From assembly GCF_001194135.2 (NCBI RefSeq), contig NC_068998.1, forward strand, positions 12,387,282 to 12,451,182: a stretch of 63,901 bases of DNA. Reading direction: 5' to 3'. Within the stretch, counting starts at the first letter, position 1, and each line of letters begins with the position of its first letter. Positions 13,176-26,047 of the stretch are shown here, piece by piece. Made by a program: the position numbers and the translations under genes. The stretch comes from Octopus bimaculoides. Taxonomy: Eukaryota. The notes under the pieces are model-generated. The model was not told the DNA's origin and ran no database searches. It saw nothing but the letters and a program-made list of their open reading frames with translations.

Positions 13176-13834
13176 GAGAGAGAGTATATATGGGGTATAT
13201 ATTATAAATAGTGACTTTGTGTGAATTTTTTTTTAAAAAAGGAAACCAACAAATACAAGACTCATATTGAACTGTTCATTTAAAAACAGTAAAATGGAAC
13301 TACCTGCTTAGGGTAGGCAAGCCATTCCCATCCTCAGTTATCATTATATCCTCAATTCATTCGATATATGTTTTATGTACGCAATTGTATTGTTTTGTCT
13401 GTTTTTGTGTTGTCCTTTCTCCATTGAAGCCTTGCGCCTAATTAAAGAAATAAGGACGTTGGTGTTGCCTTGGCAGAAATTTGCGATCTCTGATTGCTCT
13501 TGTTATAATTTGATTCTGTCTTTTATCTACATATTCTTTATTTGTCAACCATCTTGTATCGATGTACTTTCTTTTCTTTTTCGTATTTGTTTGACTATTA
13601 GTGTATCTTGTCTCCCAGTTGCGACTGAGAACTACTGGAATGCAAAGTGAAATTGCGAGTGGATAAAGAGAGGGACGTGTTTAAAAAGTCATCCACCGAG
13701 GCACATTCTACACACCTGATGCTAGACAATTTATTGCACAAAATCTTACCTATGAGCTACAGGTGTGAGAATGAGTCAGAATAATTGCAGTGCTTTTGAA
13801 TAAAGAATCTTGTGAATTTCATTTTCTGTTTCTG

Positions 13835-13835
<1 letters not shown>

Positions 13836-13915
<80 letters not shown>

Positions 13916-13945
13916 ACTATCTATACATACATACATACATACATA
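13836..13945. repeat. (TCTA)n then (TACA)n microsatellite
   Basis: Direct inspection. Confidence 0.97.
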
Positions 13946-13946
13946 C

Positions 13947-13995
13947 ACGGTGGAGCACCAGCATGACCGCAGCCACTTGGCTGAAACACATAAAT
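13947..13995 (+). mobile_element. SINE family B extreme 3' end
   Basis: cggtggagcaccagcatgaccgcagccacttggctgaaac resembles ggcggtgctccagcatggccgcagtcaaatgactgaaac. Confidence 0.7.
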
Positions 13996-14836
13996 AAATA
14001 AATAAATAAATACATACATAATACATACATACACTTAGGTGGATAAGTAGTCAGCTAATCAGTTNNNNNNNNNNNNNNNNNNNNNNNNNNNNNNNNNNNN
14101 NNNNNNNNNNNNNNNNNNNNNNNNNNNNNNNNNNNNNNNNNNNNNNNNNNNNNNNNNNNNNNNNNNNNNNNNNNNNNNNNNNNNNNNNNNNNNNNNNNNN
14201 NNNNNNNNNNNNNNNNNNNNNNNNNNNNNNNNNNNNNNNNNNNNNNNNNNNNNNNNNNNNNNNNNNNNNNNNNNNNNNNNNNNNNNNNNNNNNNNNNNNN
14301 NNNNNNNNNNNNNNNNNNNNNNNNNNNNNNNNNNNNNNNNNNNNNNNNNNNNNNNNNNNNNNNNNNNNNNNNNNNNNNNNNNNNNNNNNNNNNNNNNNNN
14401 NNNNNNNNNNNNNNNNNNNNNNNNNNNNNNNNNNNNNNNNNNNNNNNNNNNNNNNNNNNNNNNNNNNNNNNNNNNNNNNNNNNNNNNNNNNNNNNNNNNN
14501 NNNNNNNNNNNNNNNNNNNNNNNNNNTTTTAATCGATTTAAATTTCTTTTCTATTTGAAAATTGGTTATGAAACACGTGTAATCTTTTTATTATATTTAT
14601 CTTATGATATTTACTTTACTTTATATTATACTCATTTATTGTGCTTTTAATTATTAATTTTTCTATATGTGATAGTGGATTTTCATCGATGAGTTCTTGA
14701 AAATTGGTTATTTTCCCTAAAACTATATATTTTATATATACTTTATCTATAAGGCTCAATTTAATTTTTATTTTTTATAAATTGATTTTAATTGAGTTTT
14801 TTACCTGTAAATATATACCTTTATGTATATACAAAG

Positions 14837-14889
<53 letters not shown>

Positions 14890-15745
14890 AAGAGAGATAC
14901 AACGAATAATTTTCGAGAGATAAATCATTTGCAGACACAAGTATCTAACTGAATGATAGAAAATTAGATAGACACGCAGGCCACAAAGTTATAATGGGAT
15001 ATGAGAATGAAACGTATACGTCAAGAACAGATGACCACAAAAATCTACGGATGTCCACTCGACTTGTAGGCGCGCATACAATATGACTAAAGCTAAAACG
15101 AAAAGCCAAAAACATGTGTGCGTGTGTTCGAACAATTGTAAATATATATATATATGTGTGTGTGTATATATAACTTTGTATATACATAAAGGTATATATT
15201 TATATATTTTTTTTTGTATTCTCATACATGCTCGCCTGCATCTATGAGAATGACGTTCTACTCAATATTTCTTGTACACTGAGAAGTTAGAATGTGTGCT
15301 TATATGTGTGTTCCAATATAAACGTTATGAGTGGGCATTATTGTTTGTGTCTGTATATAGAATTTTGGATAGTGGAGGCAATTAAATGCAAACTTGAATA
15401 TATGTGTATGCAGTTGTATGAACCTAGGTGTTTGGCAGACAGAAATGGTCTTCCAAGACTCGTCGGCGATTGTTAGGCAGGACAGCTTGGCCCAAAAGCA
15501 GGAACTTCTCTTGTGACACAATGTAACTTAATTACACTGTTGTGTCCATTTTTAACATTTCACCTCTTCATCATGCATTACTTTCCTTCCCAGATGAGGA
15601 TATACATTTGGTTTTTAGACAGTCACTAATTGTAAACAGATTCAGTCACTATTGAAGCTAAATTAACATTGTAAGCTCGTTACCAAGAAAGAATATATAT
15701 ATAAACAAATAAGACCAACCATTTTTTCCAATCTCCCGTTTTCAC

Positions 15746-15813
15746 ACATACATACATACATACATACATACATACATACAAGTATGTATATGTATGTATG
15801 CATATATGTGTGC

Positions 15814-15900
<87 letters not shown>

Positions 15901-15969
15901 GAGAAAGAGAAAGAGAGATAGATATATGAGATATATATAGATGTAGATACATACATACATATGCATCTG

Positions 15970-16021
<52 letters not shown>

Positions 16022-16022
16022 C

Positions 16023-16077
<55 letters not shown>

Positions 16078-16078
16078 G
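15746..16078. repeat. Compound (CATA)n/(TG)n/(TA)n/(GA)n/(TCTA)n microsatellite
   Basis: Direct inspection. Confidence 0.97.
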
Positions 16079-16602
16079 ATAAATAGACCGAATAAAAGAA
16101 TATATATATGAAAAATACAATGAATAAAGATAAAGATGAAAACAAAAAGATGATTAATGGCAAAAATATAACAGTTAGACGAAAGGGAAGATGAAATAAG
16201 TTTAAGAAAGAAGAAAATCAAAAAAATCACATGTAATAAGAAACAATAGAAAGAAAAACGCACAGACACCATTTTGTGAAATAATCCTACCTCTCATTGC
16301 ATCACCTATTTCTAATTTTATATTGATGTGAAATATAGTGTCTCAACTGATTCAATTTAAAAAAAAAAACTGTGTTGTCACATTTATCATTGGTTGATTT
16401 AACCGTTGTTCAACAATGATTCTCTCTCTTTGATAAATGTATTTGTTGGCATTTCAATAATATGTAGAAAATTGATAGTGCAGAGCTGTTTAAACCTACG
16501 CCTATGACCTCCTCCCGGCCTAACCGAGTTTGGGACCGGCTATACTGGATTGTTAACAAATACATAGTCTTAATTTAAAGTCACCGTATTTGTACCCCCG
16601 TC

Positions 16603-16978
16603 CCCTTGGACTATCGTGGAGGGACTACATCATCAAGGAGGTGGTCATGCGGGGCTAGACAACCTATCAGATATCATCAAGAAGCGAAGATCGCGATTGA
16701 TCGGACATATAATACGGCTACCGGAACAAGGGCTCTCACACACTGCAGTGACACGGACACCGGCTGCCACACACTGCATTGACAAGAACACGGATCCTGG
16801 CTGGTAGCAAACAAGGGAGAGAAAAACCGCTCAAAAATTGGCACAGTACTCTCCGCGAGGACTTACGAGAATTGCAATTGGATCTGGACTGATGCAAAAA
16901 CGGCTGCAGCAGATCGCACTCAGTGGAGGCAACTCAATGTTCCGTTAGGAATAGGAGGAACTATGGCTATGACTAAGT
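16603..16978 (+). mobile_element. RTE-clade LINE 3' end relic
   Basis: LGLSWRDYIIKEV, LDNLSDIIKKRRSRLIGHIIRLPE, KNWHSTLRED, WTDAKTAAADRTQWRQL match the RTE C-terminal pattern RRLRWLGHV.R...RP.K.W...A.DR..WR. Confidence 0.85.
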
Positions 16979-17224
16979 GCTCGCCACGTTATGTATGTTA
17001 GAATTTACTTCCCTGTTTATAACTGTAAATAGTTTTCCCCCTCATCTACTTCAAACATGGACGTTGATAATGTGTATGCTACACTGATTGGACTACTTTG
17101 TAAAATCTTTTGAATATGAGTGACATCTGAAACACAATGGAAAACTTTCAGAAGAGAATGCCTCAAACAATGGAATAAAGCATAGTAATATTTATCACCT
17201 ACATTTTTTCAATATATTCCACGA

Positions 17225-17612
17225 CACCGCCATCTGGTGCTTTTCAAAACTACAATAAAAGTGTTAACATAAAATTTCGAACTTCGGAAATAATTTCGAG
17301 GAAATTTCAATAGTAAATCAAAGACTTTTTTGGCTTTAATTAGAGAACTTTTGTATGCAGAGGATGCTGACTTTGTAGCACATGCAAAAAAGAATACATA
17401 GGTCATAATGGAGAGATTTTCTGCTGCACGCGATATCTTGGGTTTAACTGTAAGCTGAAAAAGAAAACAAAGAAAAACAAAAACAAAAACAAAGGTATTG
17501 TTATGCCGGCAACTGGCGAACATTAAGAAAGAGGATCTTAATATTTGTGTGAAAGATGCAAGATTAGAAGTGGTGGATACATTTACATACTTGGTAAGTG
17601 CTCTATCTAGCT
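17225..17612 (+). mobile_element. RTE-clade LINE reverse transcriptase fragment
   Basis: IRELLYAEDADFVAHA (YADD motif reads YAED), MERFSAARDILGLTVS, TKVL, LEVVDTFTYLVSALS. Confidence 0.92.
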
Positions 17613-17767
17613 ACCAGATACGGAAATACTTTCGAGAGCTTATTGTGTTTACTGAGTCATACTTAGTACGCAATCGAATGCGATTGAGAGTGGACCTTGC
17701 ACGTGAGATGGAAGATCGCCCAAGCAGTTTTCATAGAGGGAGTTACAATTTAGTAAACAACTTCAGT

Positions 17768-17976
17768 CGTGGGTGTGTGGTAAGAAGCTTGTGTCCCAGT
17801 CACATAGTTCCGGGTTCAGTCGCGCTGCATGTCACCTTAAGCCTGGGACCGACCAAAGCCATGTGAGTGGATTTGGTAGACGGAAACTGAAAGAAGCCGG
17901 TAATCGACTTAATCCCTTTGCCTGTCCTTGTTTGTCCCCTGTATGTTTGGCCCCTTGTGAGCAATAAAGAAATAAG
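17768..17976 (+). mobile_element. Chimeric SINE: family B 5' half joined to a family A-variant 3' tail
   Basis: 17768-17900 is a B head with a ~20-nt deletion; 17901-17976 matches the A-variant tail at 46620-46694. Confidence 0.85.
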
Positions 17977-18059
17977 AAAGGATTATTATGCTATCAGTAC
18001 CATCAGAATTCAGAATTCTACTATTACGTCGCTATTATCACCACTTCTAGCACTACTAT

Positions 18060-18370
18060 TACGAAATGAAGACCACCAACACCGCATTCACTGCCACTGC
18101 TACCCCAACCACAAACGCCAAGCCCAGCTCCCTCCCCCCCACAAGCCCACCGAAAAACCATACCACTGTAACAACCACCAACTCTGCCGTTATACCCCCA
18201 CCGTCGTCACTGCAACCAACACTACCATCACTGCCGTTACCATCACCACATAACAACCACTTCCATTACCACCGCCAATACTACCATTATCATCACTCTC
18301 AGAAACCCATACTACCACCATTGCCCTCCACCAAAACCTTTACCACCTCACGGCCTACCACAAACCATCT
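18060..18370. repeat. Degenerate (ACC/CAC)-rich low-complexity tract
   Basis: Direct inspection. Confidence 0.85.
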
Positions 18371-18529
18371 CCTGCCATTTCTAGTATTAGTCCTCACTTA
18401 GTCCTCATGTAGGAAATTCTAAAACATGTTATTTTGTAGCGACAATTATTTTTGTTGATGGTATTTCTATAACATCAGTTTGAATGATGTTATTTACCAT
18501 AAATGTCAACAGCTACTGTAGAGGGAAGA

Positions 18530-19085
18530 TGAGAAAGAAGGAGGTGAAGTGGGAGGAAGAGAGAGAGTCAGAAAGAGAGGGAAGAACAAAGAGAGGGAAG
18601 AACAAAGAGAGGGAGGAACAAAGAGAGGGAAGAACAAAGAGAGGGAAGAACAAAGAGAGATGAAGGTGGGGAAATATAAAGAAACGATAAGAGTGGGAGA
18701 GAAAGAGAGAGAGGAGTTGGGAGAGAGAGAGGTACTGAATGAGATATGGATATGTGAATAGGAATGTGGAAAGATAATGGACACTGAGAGAAAGAGAGAG
18801 AGGAAGGGAGAGAAAGAGAGAAAGAGAGCGAGAGAGAAAGGAAATACAGAGACACAATGAGAGATTGAGAAAGAGAGAGGAAGACAGAGACGAAGACAGA
18901 ACAAAAGGAAAAGACAAAGAGAGGGAGGGAGAGAGAGAGAGTGAATAAGGGAAAACAAAGACAAAAAGAAAAAGAGAAGAGAGAAGGTAAGAAATATTGA
19001 TAAATGGAGGATATGGTGAGAGATAAAGACAACGAGAGAGAGGGAGAGAGAAATTATATGGAGAGATACAGACACAATGAAAGAT
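18530..19085. repeat. GA-rich tract containing a 16-bp minisatellite (aaagagagggaagaac x5, about 18573-18658)
   Basis: Direct inspection. Confidence 0.92.
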
Positions 19086-19466
19086 TGATATATATATATA
19101 TATATATATATANNNNNNNNNNNNNNNNNNNNNNNNNNNNNNNNNNNNNNNNNNNNNNNNNNNNNNNNNNNNNNNNNNNNNNNNNNNNNNNNNNNNNNNN
19201 NNNNNNNNNNNNNNNNNNNNNNNNNNNNNNNNNNNNNNNNNNNNNNNNNNNNNNNNNNNNNNNNNNNNNNNNNNNNNNNNNNNNNNNNNNNNNNNNNNNN
19301 NNNNNNNNNNNNNNNNNNNNNNNNNNNNNNNNNNNNNNNNNNNNNNNNNNNNNNNNNNNNNNNNNNNNNNNNNNNNNNNNNNNNNNNNNNNNNNNNNNNN
19401 NNNNNNNNNNNNNNNNNNNNNNNNNNNNNNNNNNNNNNNNNNNNNNNNNNNNNNNNNNNNNNNNNN

Positions 19467-19515
<49 letters not shown>

Positions 19516-20564
19516 AAGGGAACCATTTTAAAAACTGCGTGGTCCAATGAACAACGTGCAGAAAGAATTTACTTCCGTTGTTGTTTGTTGTTATTATAAA
19601 TAGGCAACACAGATGGTTAAATTAAGCGGCCAGATCTGAGGAGAAGGACCGATCACTTGTATTCCTTTACTAGCATGGTGCATTATGTATGTCGACAATC
19701 GAGATAAAGCTTTCAGATGATCCAGCCTACGACGCTGTCAGAAAGAGGAGGACAGACCTTCTTTTGTCCTGCTGATTCTTCTCTATGTCTCTTTGACCGG
19801 TCGCCTCAACAGCTTCTGCTCTTCACGACTATATTTGCTTACTATATCTGTCAAGAGCCACTGAACTAACTCTCCTCTCCTTGACATACTGTCATTGGGA
19901 AATTTGAAATTTGATCAAATATCTTTACTTTGACATACAGAAAATATATATGTTTACAAGCATGCAGATGCGCTCACGTATACACAGGGACACATACACA
20001 TATGTGCGTCGCCTTTGTGTATGAGACAGCAATTGTGTTTGTATATATAACTTCAATACGAAAATACGAGTATGAATAGTATGTATGTATGAATGTACTT
20101 AGGGATGGAGGGATGGAATAATGTATCAATGGCTATATGTGTGTCTGAGAATTAAAGTTCTTAATGGAGTTCAACCTGGTCGCTAAAAACGTGACCAAAA
20201 CTTTTGAGTTAAGGTATCTCCCGGGGTTTGTAGATAAGTGGTTCAGTTAGTGTGTGTATATACGTAGTTGTATGCACTTGTACATATGTTCTGTGTGAAC
20301 ATATCTCTTCAGTGGTTGGGGGATTTGTACGTGTATGTATGTATGCATGTATGTATGTATATATGCATGCATGCATGCATGTATGTATGTATGTATGTAT
20401 GTATGTATGTATGTATGTACCAACATATGTATCTACTTATATATGTAACAAAGTTCTACTTGTATATATACATGCATGTGCATATGTATGTGCACATGTA
20501 CACGAATGTAGGTATGGATATCACAGCATATATGGATCTTACTGCATGATGTACTTTTTTTTTT

Positions 20565-20712
20565 ATCTTTCACTTGCTTCAGTCCATGTTACTTGTTTCA
20601 GGCCATGCTGGGGCACCGCCTTGAATTTTTAGTCGAATGAATCGAGCCCAGTATTTTTCTTTTTCATTTTTAAGCCTGGTACTTTTTCTATCGGTGTCTT
20701 TTGCCGAACAGA
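20565..20712 (-). mobile_element. SINE family B 3' part
   Basis: ggccatgctggggcaccgccttgaa...aagcctggtactttttctatcggtgtcttttgccgaac. Confidence 0.88.
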
Positions 20713-20717
20713 GATTT

Positions 20718-20741
20718 ATTATTATTATTATTAATAATGAA

Positions 20742-20784
<43 letters not shown>

Positions 20785-20808
20785 GTAATAATAATAATAA
20801 TAATAATA
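20718..20808. repeat. (ATT)n/(AAT)n microsatellite
   Basis: Direct inspection. Confidence 0.97.
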
Positions 20809-20984
20809 AGAGGAGGAGAGGTAGAAAGGAACGTAAAATCAGCTGTATGATTTCTCGTGAAATCAAACTGTGAAATTCATAACTTATTTGGCATACGTTG
20901 TTTCAAGTCCAGCCTTAACTGAATAATAGCCAATGCCAATTATGCAAATATTCTGTAGTGTATGTCATCTAGAATCTAACCTCT

Positions 20985-21500
20985 TTGACCCAGTAAACTA
21001 CAACCTGTCACTCTCTCACTTTCGTCATCTCAAACGTAATAAATGAAATTCTCAACAACATTCATGTCTCCCCCTTCTCTCTCTCTCTCTCACCTCTCCC
21101 TTCCCCCTATCTCAGTTATCTCCTCTAGAAATTCCTTACTGTTAGATTTACGCAGACAAACTTAACTTGTTGAGTAACATATCACTCACCAACGATCGCT
21201 GTCATTTAGAACACTGGTGGAAATAAAACTCGATTGCTTTATAACCTATCTGCCAAGATAATCTTCGAACTGAAACTACGAGTCAAAAGTCTACACCCGT
21301 TTCTTCTTTCTTCAATGGTAACGCTTCTAACTTCACGCAATTTTAGCATGTACCGGTTGACATGCTATTCATATTTGTTTACTCCAATCTCTGTCTCCAC
21401 TTATATATAAATTATATTTAGCATAATCACGATAGCTACATCACTTTCTGTCACTAGTTATTGTCCCTCGCGTAGCACATTACCAGTGGAATATTAATTA
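20985..21500 (+). mobile_element. Very old CR1/Jockey-like RT relic
   Basis: DPVNY...LTFVISNVINEILNN resembles P.NYRPIALTSVISKVMESILN, as in the better copy at 29880. Confidence 0.35.
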
Positions 21501-21549
21501 TTCAGATTTTTATCTTTCTGTACTTCCATCTGATGTTTGTTCTCCATTC

Positions 21550-21980
21550 GGTTTCATGCTACAATTGTTAGATCTGATCTCAATATACAATCACCTACAA
21601 GACTTCGTATCTACAAGACTCGTTGACATCACGTATCGGACGCTTTTACAGCGCGTTGATGACACTACAATAAAAGTCTTGATTATGCACGAGTCCTCCC
21701 ATCAGATGAAACGACAGCATTACCTCATTCTGACTAATAATGTTTTCTTGGCAGAAATATTAGGGCGGTTTGCCATTGCTTTCCCTAACTGGATGGCCAT
21801 TGGCACACAAGGAGCTCATCCGACAGATCTTGTTTTAATCATGCTGGGTGGACCAGACACCCTCTTCATAAGAACAAGCAAGCTATCCAAGTGGAGGAGC
21901 CAGTTTAGTCGCCGACTGCTCAACCATGGAACATAGTACCAGTAGCAGCTCTCAGCCTGTGATGAGATCACTGACCAGAA
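21550..21980 (-). mobile_element. RTE/BovB-like 5' region
   Basis: Minus strand has ggaaagcaatggcaaaccgccctaatatttctgccaagaaaa, close to the BovB-type 5' motif ggcaaaccactccagtatctttgccaagaaaa (recalled). Boundaries approximate. Confidence 0.5.
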
Positions 21981-22678
21981 GTCAATCTACTGAACTAAAT
22001 GCATTATGTTATCCATATATATATATGACGGAAACTGCATAGAAGCCCCTCGGACAGGTTGAACCTATAATTGGAAGGTACTTTCTTGTCACACACTGTG
22101 ATTCTGCCTGAGAATTTATCTTAATATCTGTTCATTGCCAATGCAAAGAGGAAATTCAGTTAACTGAAACCGACGGTGATCCATACATATAGGAAGGGGA
22201 ATACTTTCCCTTTCTGATTGATTTTCCAGAATTAAATCTTTCTAACTAGTCGCTTGTTTAGTACAAAATTGAACAGAGAGAAATGAGAGAACATCTTGTT
22301 TCTTCTAACCATATTGAAGAAGTCCTTGCCTACATTTATTGGACAAGATATTGTAATTATTTTTATTATGTGAATAACATTCCCGTAATTTGAGAACTAC
22401 GCTTTTTCCTCTCTCCTATAATTCAAGTTCAGCTCCTCTTTGATCTTGCCGTATTTATACATATCCTGTTATTCCAGTAAAAACAGTCATAGTATTGGAA
22501 ATGTATTTTGGGTATTGACTAATGTACACTCGCTCTTCTGCATATTCATTTCGGTTTCTAATGCGTATTGAGTTGTCCTTGAACGATTTTAGTATTGCTA
22601 CTTCAGTTTCTCTGTGGAAGTGGTCGCTTTTGACGCTTCTCATCGTGTAGCCTAGCCGTTTTTGAGAGTTGGCGAGAA

Positions 22679-22732
<54 letters not shown>

Positions 22733-23084
22733 CGACTCCTTGTATTTCACTGATCGACCTCGTAAGAATAAAAAAGTATTGCCGGTTTTGGTAGAGTTTG
22801 AATCCGTAGCACAGAGAGCCGGAACAAATATCGCAACGAATGTTATCAAATAGTGTAAGGATTTTGCCTCTTCACCGCCATGCACTTGTACATAAACGAC
22901 AACTTTGTGCTGTGTTTCTTTAATTTCAATTCTAATTTTATTTTTATCCATTTCATTTATTTTTTACTCCATTGATATCAAGCGTAATATTTGTTGTGCG
23001 TGGTTGTTTGGAAACGATCACATTAGTTCAGTTTGTTTTAAGTTCGAGGCAAATATAATATTCTTTTCTACTTCAGGTACACGT

Positions 23085-23335
23085 GAAAATATCTGACATT
23101 ACAATAGAGAAATGTTATTGTTTCACTTTTGACACGTAATAATGCAATAGTGGAGATGTGATATTGCACTGGGCTCGCACTAGGCAAGAAGTTAAAAAGT
23201 TCTTTGGCCTAAAACACTACATGGACCCTAAGTAAGGCATGTGTAAAATTTGAATGAAATTGGTTGTGTAATTCTCAAGATTTAGGGATTCACACAGACA
23301 GACAGACACACATTCTCATTTTTATATATATAGAT
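23085..23335 (+). mobile_element. Helentron/DINE-1-like non-autonomous element, 3' part
   Basis: Collinear with 34847-35111; ends in (ACAG)n then cacattctcatttttatatatatagat. Confidence 0.65.
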
Positions 23336-23534
23336 ATATATGTTATGTATNNNNNNNNNNNNNNNNNNNNNNNNNNNNNNNNNNNNNNNNNNNNNNNNNN
23401 NNNNNNNNNNNNNNNNNNNNNNNNNNNNNNNNNNNNNNNNNNNNNNNNNNNNNNNNNNNNNNNNNNNNNNNNNNNACATCTGCACAAAGGTATATATATA
23501 TAGATGTATATTTATACATATACATATATATATA

Positions 23535-23653
23535 GAGGAGAAATACCTAGCCAAAGATAAACCTCTGAACCTGACTTTCGTTGACATGAAGAAAGCCTTT
23601 GACAGGGTCCCCCGATCCCTTACCTGGTGGTCAATGAGGAAACTAGGGATAGA
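23535..23653 (+). mobile_element. RTE reverse transcriptase internal fragment, well preserved
   Basis: Uninterrupted EEKYLAKDKPLNLTFVDMKKAFDRVPRSLTWWSMRKLGIE (FVD..KAFDRV motif). Confidence 0.95.
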
Positions 23654-25283
23654 ACTATCTTTTAGGAACTAAAAGATAGCACCACGAATTATGATATCAA
23701 GTGTGCAATATTGACCAGTGCGTTACCTTGTGATATAGAAAAGCTTAGACGTGACCTTTATCTCGAAGAATCACTATTTATTCACGTCAGAGTCTAATGC
23801 ATCGGACAAACGACATTAACTAGTCTTAACATGTAAGCATTTATTTATGAAAACCTTCAAATGATTCTCATGAAAATAAGTTGCAACAACTGGAGATGGT
23901 AACTTCAGTTTGCCTTCCAGGTTCAGTTTTTTTAGTGCTAATAGCATATTTAATTATTTAATAATTTTTAATCATGAGAGTTTCTCTGCTCATTTTTTCT
24001 ACTTATTTATCTACAAGGAGATATTGAACTTCAATTCCCTTTTTTCTTCTCACTCTTTTATTCTATTTTTGTTTTACATCAATTTCCTCTACTATATTCT
24101 TTTAGGCACTATTTTTCTTGTCATCTTCCTGTCACTATAGTATATCAATTTATAGTTTCTTTATGACCTCTGCTTAATAGTTTTACGACCTTTATTATTT
24201 ACCTAAAACCGATTATCTTGATATATAGTGAATAGCTATTTGTTATTTCTGCTTAGATAATTGGGGAGTCTTCAATCTGTCAATTATTTTGTATAACTTA
24301 CATCTACTTCTCCTCTACTAACATTTAAAAATCTAGTAGTAAACTTCAATACACTGTCCCTGCTATCTGTGGTAGCACTAAACGAGGTAGTAAGGTATCA
24401 GATTTTAAATCGTATCAACTATTTATATTTTTGCTGCTACTACTATTCAACTTCTCTATTGTTCTCTATTTTGCAATGGGTAGGTAATGGACTGATGGAT
24501 GAATACAATTGAACTATGGAACCAAATCTTTCCAATACTTATCAGAAACATTTGTAAGCTTTCAGTAGATTTGAATTTCGTCTTACTTGTACAGCGTTAT
24601 TGCACATCAGTAAATAAATTGAATATTTGTATATACTTCTAGCTTGTAACTCGACTTTGTTTCGGAAGCGGAGTGAGTATGTGGCAAAGATGAGCAGAAA
24701 CACTGCATATATGCATATATATATGTATATATATGTATATNNNNNNNNNNNNNNNNNNNNNNNNNNNNNNNNNNNNNNNNNNNNNNNNNNNNNNNNNNNN
24801 NNNNNNNNNNNNNNNNNNNNNNNNNNNNNNNNNNNNNNNNNNNNNNNNNNNNNNNNNNNNNNNNNNNNNNNNNNNNNNNNNNNNNNNNNNNNNNNNNNNN
24901 NNNNNNNNNNNNNNNNNNNNNNNNNNNNNNNNNNNNNNNNNNNNNNNNNNNNNNNNNNNNNNNNNNNNNNNNNNNNNNNNNNNNNNNNNNNNNNNNNNNN
25001 NNNNNNNNNNNNNNNNNNNNNNNNNNNNNNNNNNNNNNNNNNNNNNNNNNNNNNNNNNNNNNNNNNNNNNNNNNNNNNNNNNNNNNNNNNNNNNNNNNNN
25101 NNNNNNNNNNNNNNNNNNNNNNNNNNNNNNNNNNNNNNNNNNNNNNNNNNNNNNNNNNNNNNNNNNNNNNNNNNNNNNNNNNNNNNNNNNNNNNNNNNNN
25201 NNNNNNNNNNNNNNNNNNNNNNNNNNNNNNNNNNNNNNNNNNNNNNNNNNNNNNNNNNNNNNNNNTGTGTGTGTGTGTGTGTA

Positions 25284-25866
25284 TGTGTGGTCTGATCAAT
25301 AAGTATCCGGACCGTTGCCATAGTAACGAAGCTAAAGCACGCAGAGTAAAGATCAAGGAGATCTTGTGCAAACTGAAACCCGAGTGTCTTTTTGGTCAGC
25401 TGAAAGCAGATTTGGCACAAACTTGGCAGACACGTGTCTTATATCCAAAATTTCAGTGATAATGGACTTAACTGAACCGTAACTAATCTGCTCACCCTCG
25501 GATAACTCTTAGATAGTGATTCGACGATTTTCTCCTCACAGCTGCGATTATGTTCTCAGTTTTGTTGGTTGCAGGTCTCTCAGGACATATTTCCGGCCAT
25601 CTTGGAAACATCTGAACCACTCGTACATTTGCGTGCGGCTCATACGCTATTCTCCATGCACTTTCTGCAACTTTGCGTAGGCCTCTGCGTAGGCATCACC
25701 ATGACAACTTTCTCTGTCATTGTCAATGCGATGATCACACGTTACACACATTACTTCAAAGCACTGCTGTAGACAGCGGAAGTGAGCTAGAACGTTAAAA
25801 CTTAGAGTACATGCACAGCAGAAGTCGAGATCAATCTGCGCCAAGCGGCTTTGATCAGATCTCGTA
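25284..25866 (-). mobile_element. Internally deleted mariner (N-terminal HTH part only) with both termini
   Basis: Termini tgtggtctgatcaa and revcomp cgagatctgatcaa, TA at the right end. Minus strand reads AYAKLQKVHGE*RMSRTQMYEWFRCFQDGR...NRRITI*ELSE...ISYGSVKSIITEILDIRHVSAKFVPNLL. Confidence 0.93.
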
Positions 25867-26003
25867 TACAGTTATATATANNNNNNNNNNNNNNNNNNNN
25901 NNNNNNNNNNNNNNNNNNNNNNNNNNNNNNNNNNNNNNNNNNNNNNNNNNNNNNNNNNNNNNNNNNNNNNNNNNNNNNNNNNNNNNNNNNNNNNNNNNNN
26001 NNN

Positions 26004-26047
<44 letters not shown>

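Noticed and set aside
13711-13767. cacacctg...caggtgtg inverted motif resembling Tc1 TIR repeats
   Set aside because: Only 8 bp match perfectly and there is no associated transposase or TSD.
18059-18401. Mucin-like Thr/Pro-rich ORFs
   Set aside because: They arise from a degenerate ACC-rich tract, are open in several frames and show no splice or domain evidence.
19620-19900. Complex block that might be an exon (MSTIEIKLSDDPAYDAVRKRR)
   Set aside because: Short frame ending in a stop, no donor site, and no recognisable homology on either strand.
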